In this document: positions 46,949 through 54,589 of the stretch, piece after piece | Position numbering within the stretch: the stretch's first letter is position 1 | Layout: each line of letters starts with the position of its first letter | Assembly (NCBI GenBank): GCA_003222055.1 | Contig: QHUT01000068.1 | Span: 25,853-89,852, forward strand | Length of the DNA: 64,000 nt | Direction of reading: 5' to 3' | Origin: Gemmatimonadota bacterium | Lineage (GTDB): Bacteria > Gemmatimonadota > Gemmatimonadetes > Gemmatimonadales > GWC2-71-9 | The notes under the pieces: generated by a model | The model's input: the letters and a program-made list of their open reading frames with translations, nothing else | Database searches by the model: none | Told to the model about the DNA's origin: nothing | Position numbers and translations under genes: made by a program

Positions 46949-48069
46949 ATGACGACGAAAGCTATTCTACGAGCCTCCTGATCGCGGTGACGTTGGCCGT
47001 GGCCGGCTCCGCCCAGACCGCGCCGTGCATTTCGCGCCGCAGCGGGAGCGTGCCCGCTGCGTACCGCGAGACGGTCGCGCGGATGCGGGCGCTCGTGTGC
47101 GAGCGGCTCGCCCCGCGCATTCCCGGCGTGCAGGTCGCGGTGGCGATCGACGGGACGCTGGTGTGGTCGGAGGGGTTCGGGCACGCCGACGCCGCTCGCC
47201 GGCGGCCCGTCACGCGTGAGACGCAGTTCCGCATCGGCAGCGTATCGAAGCCCCTCACGGCCGCGGCGGTCGCCCTGCTGTACGAGCAGGGGAAGCTCGA
47301 TCTCGACGCGCCGGTCCAGCGGTATGTGCCGACGTTCCCCGCGAAGGGATATCCTGTCACCACGCGGCAGCTCGCGGGGCACCTGGCCGGCATCAGGCAT
47401 TACCGGGACCGGGAGTTCTTCCTGAATCGCCGGTTCGCCACGGTGCGCGACGGCCTTGCGATCTTCCAGGACGACTCGCTCCTGTTCCCGCCGGGCACGC
47501 GCTTCTCCTACTCGAGCTACGGCTGGAACCTCGTCTCGGCCGTGGTGGAGGGCGCGTCGGGCGAAGACTTCCTACCCTACGTCTCGGCGCACGTGTTTCG
47601 GCCCCTGGGGCTCACCCACACGGCGCCCGACCGGGCCGACAGCGTGATCCCGGGCCGCACGCAATTCTACGATGGCGATAGCGCCGGCGTCTATCGCGTC
47701 GCGCCGCCGGTCGACAACAGCTACAAGTGGGCCGGAGGGGGGTTCGTCTCGACGGCCGAGGATCTGGTGAAATTCGGGTCGGCCCTCGTGGCGCCGGGAT
47801 TCTTGAGAGGGGAAACGCTGGAGCTGTTGTTCACCTCGCAGCGGACCAGCGCGGGCGAGGAGACCGGCTATGGGATCGGCTGGTTCCTGAGAACCGACAG
47901 CTTGGGCCATCGCTGGGCGTTCCACGGCGGCAGCGCCGTCGGCGGCACGGCGGTGCTCGGTGTGGACCGCGACGCGCACCTGGTGGTCGCGCTGCTCACC
48001 AACCTGTCGGACGCCGCCGTAGAGCCGGCCCAGGAGATCGAGGCGGCGTTCGAGCGGCTACGCCGCTAG
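46949..48069 (+). CDS. Serine hydrolase (beta-lactamase/PBP-like), with an apparently frameshifted 5-prime end
   Basis: The SxxK motif is FRIGSVSKPLTAAAV. ATG 46949 encodes MTTKAILRAS then stops at 46979. The body frame continues LLIAVTLAVAGSAQ one nucleotide out of phase. Confidence 0.75.
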
Positions 48070-48483
48070 CAGCTTGCGCACATTCGCCAGGATGGCCTCC
48101 AGCTGACTCTCCACCTGGCGCTTCTCCCGCAGCCGGCCGCGCAGCCACGCGATGACCGACCGGGGGGCCCACACGTCCCGCACCGTCACCGCCGTGGACC
48201 CGGCAGTCTCGTCGAGCCGGAACAGCGTTTTCCAGCCGTTGCGCTCACCGCGCTCCACCATGCCGAACGCCGTGGGGGGCGCGAAGTCGACGACCTCGAA
48301 CTCGGTCACACGGTCCCCGAAGCGCGCCTTGAAGCGCACGCCTTTGCGCAGCGGCACGGGGCTCTCGACGCCGCCGCACCCGGGGAGCCACTGAGCGATG
48401 CGCGCCGGGTCGGTGAGCACGGCAAACACGCGCTCGATCGGGGCGGCGACGGGATGGATGACCGTGTGGCTGACAGGGCGCAT
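48058..48483 (-). CDS. SRPBCC (polyketide cyclase/START-like) family protein
   Basis: 141 aa. VFAVLTDPARIAQWLPG is typical of the family. Confidence 0.7.
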   Translation of the reverse strand: MRPVSHTVIHPVAAPIERVFAVLTDPARIAQWLPGCGGVESPVPLRKGVRFKARFGDRVTEFEVVDFAPPTAFGMVERGERNGWKTLFRLDETAGSTAVTVRDVWAPRSVIAWLRGRLREKRQVESQLEAILANVRKLLAA

Positions 48484-48622
48484 CGGCGCCGGTAGCGTGG
48501 CACGGCGGCGCCGTGCTGTCAACCGGGTGATCCCGGGGCTCCCCACCGTCCGTTCCTCCCGCCCCGCCTGCTTGATACTGGCTGCTGTCCGCGGCACCTT
48601 ACGTCGTCATTCGTGGGGCAGC

Positions 48623-49606
48623 GTGGCACTCGACATAGAGCGGTGTGACAGCGTTGCGCATGGGGAGGAGATCAAGGCGCTCTTCCTCCGCAACGGGTAT
48701 GCGGCCTTTCCGGCGACGTTCGATCGGGCCTATGCCCGAGCGGTCTCGGCCGGCGGGGCCAGTTGGGTGGCTCGGAACAACCGGGGTACGGTCGTGGGCC
48801 ACCAAGGCGTGTTCGCACGCGTTTTCTGGGACGCGCAGCGGGTGCTGCGGGCAGCGCTGTTCGTCGACAACCTGTTTGACCCCACCCATCGGAATTTCTG
48901 GTCGGCGGTCGAGCTGTGTCGACGGACGCTCGCGGACCTGTTCGACGCGGGCGGGTTCGACTTCGCCTACACGGATCCCACGCCCGGGTCGTATGCGGTG
49001 CTGCGGGCCGCCGGGTTCAAACCCATCGGCACGCTGCAGCGATTCGCCCTGCCTCTTCACGGGGTGTACCTCGGGCTGCGGCGGCTCCTGTCGCGCCCGG
49101 AGCCGCTCGCGGTGACGCGAGTCGAGGGCCTGCTGGATCGCTCCGTCGCCGAGGCACTGCGCGCGGTACAGCCCAGGACGCAATTCCGAGGGCAGCGCTC
49201 GGTCGAGCTGTACGCGACCCGCTTCAGCGGGGTCACGATGCCGGGTTGGCACTGGCTGCTGTTGCGTTCCGAACGGGACGCGGGGGCTCCGGTCGCGGGT
49301 CTGGTGCTGGCGCGGTACGTGCCGGGCCAGGCCGCCCTCGACGTGGTCGACGTCATATGGGACCAGGCACGGCTGTCCGCGGCGTCCGTGATGCACGCCG
49401 TCGCGCGTGCGGCGCGCGCCGACGGACTCCAGAAGCTGAGTCTGTTCACGCTGGCCGAGTCCCACCTGGCACGCTGCCTCGAGCGATGCGGCTTCGTCCG
49501 CCGCCCCGACACGCTCCCCCTGGTGCTGCACCTGATGCGCCAAAACGTCGCGCTCCCCCCGGCGCAGGACTGGTTGCTTACGTCCTTCGACGGCAGTGCC
49601 TGGTAG
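48623..49606 (+). CDS. Hypothetical protein, possibly a two-domain GNAT-like acyltransferase
   Basis: The ORF is clean from GTG 48623. The function call is weak. Confidence 0.5.
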   Translation: MALDIERCDSVAHGEEIKALFLRNGYAAFPATFDRAYARAVSAGGASWVARNNRGTVVGHQGVFARVFWDAQRVLRAALFVDNLFDPTHRNFWSAVELCRRTLADLFDAGGFDFAYTDPTPGSYAVLRAAGFKPIGTLQRFALPLHGVYLGLRRLLSRPEPLAVTRVEGLLDRSVAEALRAVQPRTQFRGQRSVELYATRFSGVTMPGWHWLLLRSERDAGAPVAGLVLARYVPGQAALDVVDVIWDQARLSAASVMHAVARAARADGLQKLSLFTLAESHLARCLERCGFVRRPDTLPLVLHLMRQNVALPPAQDWLLTSFDGSAW

Positions 49607-49625
49607 GTCGGCGGGGCGTGAATGA

Positions 49626-49653
49626 AACGGGGGGCCAACCTGCGCCCCCCGTT
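49626..49653. terminator. Bidirectional hairpin AACGGGGGGC-N8-GCCCCCCGTT between convergent genes
   Basis: 10-bp perfect stem 49626-49635/49644-49653. Confidence 0.55.
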
Positions 49654-49675
49654 CCCCGCACGTCCCGTCTACTCG

Positions 49676-50047
49676 TTAGACGCCACTCGAAGAGGGCACC
49701 TCGGTGACGCTGTCATGCCCGTTGCCGTTGCCATTCCCGTTGCCGTTGCCGTTGCCACTGGGGGATACTTTGGAGCGCCCCCCGGTCACGGCCAGCCAGC
49801 GCCGTCGCATCCCGATCTGATCGTCGAGCTGCTGGCGGAGCTTCGCCACGGTCGTGTCCACCAGGTGGATGCGCCAGTCGATGTACTGCTCCGCCTGGTC
49901 GGGGGTCCAATCCGCCGGACCCGTAAACACCAGCTCCTCTTTGGGTTCGACGTCGTGCACCAGCTGCGCTTCGTCACGCTCGCCCACCTCCATCTTGGCG
50001 AGCACATCCGTCACCTTCCGTCCCATCAGGTCCAGCCTGCGTCCCAT
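49676..50047 (-). CDS. Hypothetical small protein with a C-terminal (Gly-Asn)6 repeat
   Basis: 123 aa, divergent from the XRE gene across the AT-rich region. I recognise no motif. Confidence 0.5.
   Translation of the reverse strand: MGRRLDLMGRKVTDVLAKMEVGERDEAQLVHDVEPKEELVFTGPADWTPDQAEQYIDWRIHLVDTTVAKLRQQLDDQIGMRRRWLAVTGGRSKVSPSGNGNGNGNGNGNGHDSVTEVPSSSGV
49719..49757 (-). repeat. Hexanucleotide microsatellite (GTTGCC-like units) encoding GNGNGNGNGNGN
   Basis: The units are visible in the sequence and stay in frame. Confidence 0.85.
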
Positions 50048-50104
50048 GCGGGCCTCCTTACGGCGGTTGCTGCGGGTCCTTGTCTAGGGCGCGGTCGCTC
50101 GGTC

Positions 50105-50183
50105 GTGCTGCGCTATATCATCGATAGATGGTATAGCGGATAGCTGCTATAATATATATAGTTGTTATATCACGCAAGGAGGG
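50105..50183. promoter_or_regulatory. AT-rich divergent promoter/operator region
   Basis: TATAAT lies at 50148-50153. GCTATA/TATAGC half-sites lie at 50112-50117, 50132-50137, 50140-50144 and 50146-50150. AAGGAGGGG lies just upstream of ATG 50190. Confidence 0.6.
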
Positions 50184-50189
50184 GTGAGG

Positions 50190-50447
50190 ATGTCACGGTA
50201 TCGAGGCCAGAAGGTCCGCTATCGTCGCAGGGGGGTGGTGCGCTTGCGGTTGCGGCAGCTATTGGAAACGCGCCCGGTGTCGCCCTACGGGCTGGCCAAG
50301 TTCACCGGCTTGAGCTTGAACACGATCTACCGGCTCACGCGCCCCAGCGGGCGGTTCACACTCATTCGCGCCGACACGATCGAGCGGCTGTGTGGCGCGC
50401 TGCGGGTGACGCCGAACGAGCTGTTCGAGTACGAGAAGCCGTCCTAG
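50190..50447 (+). CDS. XRE (Cro/CI-type) helix-turn-helix regulator
   Basis: The HTH region is SPYGLAKFTGLSLNTIYRLTR and the tail is ERLCGALRVTPNELFEY. An alternative GTG lies at 50184. Confidence 0.8.
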   Translation: MSRYRGQKVRYRRRGVVRLRLRQLLETRPVSPYGLAKFTGLSLNTIYRLTRPSGRFTLIRADTIERLCGALRVTPNELFEYEKPS

Positions 50448-50448
50448 C

Positions 50449-52410
50449 TCAGGTGTGGTGCACCACCCCGTCCGCCACGTTGTCTTCGTGCCGCAGCGTG
50501 ACGACGGCGGTGCGCTTCCGTCCGAGGTCGACCTCCACCACCAGGTGGCTCTTGTCGCGCGCCATCCGCCAGCGGCGGGACGCCTGCGGCGCACCACCGG
50601 CCGCCGCCAGCGCGGCGGTGACCACCGCTTCCGGAGGATCGCTCACCGCCGCGAGCTCTGCGCAGGTGGCACAGCGGTGTGACTCGGCGCTCAGATCCGC
50701 GGTGCACACGCGACGGCCGCAATATCCGCATGCCGCACGATGCAGCTCGCACGTGCCGCGTCCGCAGATGGGACACGCGGCGACCTCGTCGGACGCGAAC
50801 AGCGCCGCTGGCTCCTCGGCGCAGGCAGCCCGGTGCCGGGCGCACACCAGCCGTCTCGACCGATCGGCGCGGCGCAGGTGGGGCGAGCAATGCACCTGTT
50901 CATCCACCGCGCACACCGCCTGATGCGCCGTGCACACCGACTTGCCGCAGGTGGCGCACGGCGCCACCTCGTCCACGCCCACCGGCTCGTTGGTCCCGCC
51001 CTCGCAGTACCTGAGACACGCGGCGCACAAGCGGCGGCTCCCCTTGGGGGCGTCGGCGTGGCTGCGCTGGGCGTGCCGGTTGCACACCTCCCGGCCGCAG
51101 CTGCCGCACGGCGCCAGGCACGCGGAGCACGCCGCGTGCCCGTCCTCGGCGCACGCGCCGGCGTGAGCGGTGCAGTGCTCGAGCCGGCAGGACGGGCACA
51201 CCTGCACGTGCTCGTCGCACGCCGGCTGGCCGTCCACGCGACACTCGAGCGTCCCGTGGTCGGCGCAGAAGTCCTCGCCGCATACCGAGCAGCGGTGCGA
51301 GCAGGCGTCACAGCCGCAGTGGTCGTGGCGGCAGATCACCAGCATGGCCGGCGGGCGGCCGCACTGCGGACACGCCAGCGACCAGCCGGACGCACCACTG
51401 AGCGACCGCTGCGCGGCGAACATCGCGCGGCGCCCCCGCACCGACTCGAGGTGCCATTCGGCGCGCTGCATCAGCACGGCGGCCTCCACCAGCTGCAGCG
51501 GGTGCACGACGGCCTTCACCTGGCTGCGGCGGATCTCTTCGGCGCGGCGACGCTCGGCGAGCGCCGAGACCGTCGCGATCGCCTCGGGGTTGGTTTGCTC
51601 CTTGACCACCGACTCGAAGTATCGGTCCAGCCGGCCGAGCTCGGCCGCGAGCTCCTGCTCCGCCGCTGCGCGGCGGGTGGCGACACGCTCCGCCGCCTTC
51701 TCCCGGAGATGGCTCAAGAGGAGTCGCAGCAGCTCACCGGCCTCCCGCGCCGGGACGGCCGCCGCCCCGGCGCCCGCCGGATCCGCGGGCGGGACCCGGC
51801 CGGCCTCGAGTTCGAGGAACGCTGCGGCCAGATCGGCACCGACCGGGGCGCCGGCCGACAGGTCGTACACGTCGGTCTCGACCACCGCCTCTTCCACGCC
51901 TGCTCCGGCGCGCAACACCACGCGCGCCACGAGCCGCCCCACGGGATGCACGGCCAGCCTGGTCGCACGGCGCTTGATCGTACCGTCGCGCACGGGAAGC
52001 GTCGGCTCGACGGCCTCCGGATCGCTCGACGGCGGAGCCGCGGGCGCGATCAGGCCGAGGGAGAGCCGCGCCGCCCGCGCGCGGATCGCCTCCACCACCT
52101 GTGAGACGAACGGGCTGCCGAGCACGGCGATTTCGGCGTCCGGGTCGCGCTCGAGCGCGTCGAGCGAGAACGCCACGCGCAAGCGGTCGCGGTCCCTGAA
52201 GAACGGGCGCTCGGCCGAGGGGAGCCTGAGCTCCGCGTGATCAGGGCCGAGGGCGGCCTGTTTCACGCCCGCGAGCTCACAGTAGCGCTCGAGCAGGGGC
52301 CGCAGCGCCGAGCCCGCCAGCGGGTCGGCGTCCCTCGGGGCCTGAGGCGCGGCCGCCGGTGGCTTGCGGCGGGGTTTGCGCGCCGGTCTGCGCGCCGCTG
52401 TGCGCTTCAC
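50449..52410 (-). CDS. 653-aa uncharacterised protein: basic N-terminal tail, alpha/beta plus coiled-coil region, tandem Cys/His zinc-knuckle-like array
   Basis: Its GTG at 52410 overlaps the SNF2 TGA (GTGA). The N-terminus is VKRTAARRPARKPRRKPP. Residues 347-583 hold about 38 Cys in repeated CxxC...CxxH units. The upstream 150 codons of ORF 50449..52860 overlap SNF2 and are rejected. Confidence 0.75.
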   Translation of the reverse strand: MKRTAARRPARKPRRKPPAAAPQAPRDADPLAGSALRPLLERYCELAGVKQAALGPDHAELRLPSAERPFFRDRDRLRVAFSLDALERDPDAEIAVLGSPFVSQVVEAIRARAARLSLGLIAPAAPPSSDPEAVEPTLPVRDGTIKRRATRLAVHPVGRLVARVVLRAGAGVEEAVVETDVYDLSAGAPVGADLAAAFLELEAGRVPPADPAGAGAAAVPAREAGELLRLLLSHLREKAAERVATRRAAAEQELAAELGRLDRYFESVVKEQTNPEAIATVSALAERRRAEEIRRSQVKAVVHPLQLVEAAVLMQRAEWHLESVRGRRAMFAAQRSLSGASGWSLACPQCGRPPAMLVICRHDHCGCDACSHRCSVCGEDFCADHGTLECRVDGQPACDEHVQVCPSCRLEHCTAHAGACAEDGHAACSACLAPCGSCGREVCNRHAQRSHADAPKGSRRLCAACLRYCEGGTNEPVGVDEVAPCATCGKSVCTAHQAVCAVDEQVHCSPHLRRADRSRRLVCARHRAACAEEPAALFASDEVAACPICGRGTCELHRAACGYCGRRVCTADLSAESHRCATCAELAAVSDPPEAVVTAALAAAGGAPQASRRWRMARDKSHLVVEVDLGRKRTAVVTLRHEDNVADGVVHHT

Positions 52411-54536
52411 GCGTCGGCCTCGATATCCACGAGCGCGAGGGGCAGGCGCTCGACCTGTGCTACGAGCGTGATCGCGCGGCCGGCGCTGGTCAGGCCGGTG
52501 AGCCGCACCAGGTCTCCGTACTTGGGATGATGGCCGGCCGGCTGGGCGGTCGTGACGCCACCGACCGGCTCGATCGACTCCAGCGCCTCGAGCACGTCCG
52601 TCACGTGCAAGCCGAGCTTGAGGCGCTTCGCGTCCCAGCCGGCTGCCCTGACGACCTGGCTCGTGCCGAACCCGAGGCGCAGGCGCCCGGGGACCGACAG
52701 CGTCCCGAACCGGCGCTCGAGCCGCATGGCGTTGTCGTCCGGCGCGATAAGGGAGTTGAGCGCTTCCTGCGCCTTGCCCGCCGCACTGCTCTTCTCGATG
52801 TCGGCGCCGAGCGTCGCCACCCGGCGTGCAAAGTCCGCGTCGTCTTCGGCGGCGAGCCATTCTTCGGCAAGCCGGCCTTCGAACTGCTGGGCGCCGCCGA
52901 ATTCCCCGAGGATCAGGTCCAGCTCGCCCACGACCAGCTCGAACAGCTTGATCTTCTGGTCCAGCAACTGGAGGATGTACGCCTCGATGGTCCCGGTCGC
53001 CGCCAGGTTCACGATGTGGACCTCGCGCGTCTGCCCGATGCGGTGCAGGCGGCCGATGCGCTGCTCCACCACCATCGGGTTCCAGGGCAGGTCGTAGTTC
53101 ACGAGCACGTTGCAGAACTGCAGATTGCGTCCTTCGCTGCCCGCGCGAGTGGCGATCAGCACACTGCGCGGGTCCTGGTGGAAGGCGCGGATCCGCGTAT
53201 CCCGCTCGGGCGTCGAATGAGCGCCCCAGTAGACGATGGGCGTACGGCCCAGCTGCTTGACGCGCTCTGCGATCAGCTCGATGGTCGGGCGGTGGTCGCT
53301 GAAGACCACCACGCGGTCGGGCGTTTCCTGCAGCAGTTTGGTCAGCACGTCCAGCTTGGCGTGGGTCTTGATGCGGCGCGCCCGCTGGGCCAGCTGGCGG
53401 GCGATCGTGCGGTACTCGGGGCTGATGCGCTCAGCCTCGCCCAGGTGCTCGAGCGACTCGGCGAGCGCGCGCGCGGAGGAGCACAGCCGCTGGCGCAGGT
53501 GGATGACCGCGAGCTGCAGGATTCCCTTCTTGGTGGGCCGCCGGCGCCGCTTGCCGTCTTCCACCTCTTCCTGCTCGGCCGGCTGGATGAAGCCCTCTCG
53601 GTACAGCCGTCGCAGGAACTCGGTGGTGCGCTGATACAGGTCCGCCTCGGCGCGCGTCAGCTTGACCTCGGGGTGGCGCGGCCGGCGCGGCGGCAGGTCC
53701 AGGTCGAGGGCGACGCTCGAGCGCCGCGTGCGGATCATCACCGCGTGCGTCAGGGCGCGCAGGGCTTCGGGGTCGCGCGGCTGGCGGCGGTCGCCCGAGA
53801 CGAGATGCTCGCTCTTGAACTCCTGCCAGGTGCCGAGCTGGCCGGGCCGGAGCAGCGTGATGAGGTTGTACAACTCGCGCAGGTCGTTCTGGAGCGGCGT
53901 CGCCGTGAGCAGCAGGATGAAGTCCCGCTCGATTTTCTCGATGAACTGGTAGGTCGCGCCGCGGTGGCTCTTCACCTTGTGTGCCTCGTCGACGATGACG
54001 AGATCCCAGCGGTGTCGCAGGATCTCTTCCGCGTGCCGGCGCGAGCGCGCGCGGTCGTGCGAGATGATCGCCCTGGTGATGGCAACGCGCTGCCAGTCGT
54101 CGGGCTCGGTCGGGGTCTCGAAGCGCTCGAAGAACTTCTCCTCGAGCTCGCCCTGCCACTGGCCCACGAGCGAGGCGGGCGTCAGGATCAGCACGCGGCG
54201 GGCGAGGCCGCGGATCGCCAGTTCTTTATAGATGATGCTCGCCTCGATCGTCTTGCCGAGGCCGACCTCGTCGGCGAGGATCGCGCGGCCGCCCATGTCG
54301 CGCAGCACGCGCTGGGCCACGTCGATCTGGTGGGGCAGCTCCTTGATCGCGTTGGCGTCGAGCGTGATCAGCCGGTCGAAGCCGGGGACGAGGGCGATAC
54401 GCTCCGCCTCGCGCCGCAGGTCGTACCAGGCACGATCGGCCGGCGGTTCCTTGAGCTTGTCGACGAAGAGCGTCAGGGACCGCTCGTCGACCGCCCAGGA
54501 GTCGTCGCGCAGTGGAGCGGGCTCAGGCAGCGTCAC
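52407..54536 (-). CDS. SNF2/Swi2-family ATPase (helicase-like translocase)
   Basis: It has motif I (DEVGLGKT), motif II (DEAH), LLLTATPLQNDLRELYNLITLL, and DLPWNPMVVEQRIGRLHRIGQ. The start is GTG, preceded by a GAGG-like Shine-Dalgarno sequence. Confidence 0.9.
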   Translation of the reverse strand: MTLPEPAPLRDDSWAVDERSLTLFVDKLKEPPADRAWYDLRREAERIALVPGFDRLITLDANAIKELPHQIDVAQRVLRDMGGRAILADEVGLGKTIEASIIYKELAIRGLARRVLILTPASLVGQWQGELEEKFFERFETPTEPDDWQRVAITRAIISHDRARSRRHAEEILRHRWDLVIVDEAHKVKSHRGATYQFIEKIERDFILLLTATPLQNDLRELYNLITLLRPGQLGTWQEFKSEHLVSGDRRQPRDPEALRALTHAVMIRTRRSSVALDLDLPPRRPRHPEVKLTRAEADLYQRTTEFLRRLYREGFIQPAEQEEVEDGKRRRRPTKKGILQLAVIHLRQRLCSSARALAESLEHLGEAERISPEYRTIARQLAQRARRIKTHAKLDVLTKLLQETPDRVVVFSDHRPTIELIAERVKQLGRTPIVYWGAHSTPERDTRIRAFHQDPRSVLIATRAGSEGRNLQFCNVLVNYDLPWNPMVVEQRIGRLHRIGQTREVHIVNLAATGTIEAYILQLLDQKIKLFELVVGELDLILGEFGGAQQFEGRLAEEWLAAEDDADFARRVATLGADIEKSSAAGKAQEALNSLIAPDDNAMRLERRFGTLSVPGRLRLGFGTSQVVRAAGWDAKRLKLGLHVTDVLEALESIEPVGGVTTAQPAGHHPKYGDLVRLTGLTSAGRAITLVAQVERLPLALVDIEADA

Positions 54537-54589
54537 ACGATGCCTCTGGAGTGGGGGTGGGCAATATAGGAAATCGGTAGATTCCCGGC

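Noticed and set aside
52411-52860. An N-terminal 150-codon extension of the Cys-rich protein ORF (50449..52860).
   Set aside because: The extension overlaps the conserved C-terminal part of the SNF2 gene in another frame. The GTG at 52410 gives the typical 4-nt stop/start overlap seen at many junctions in this window.
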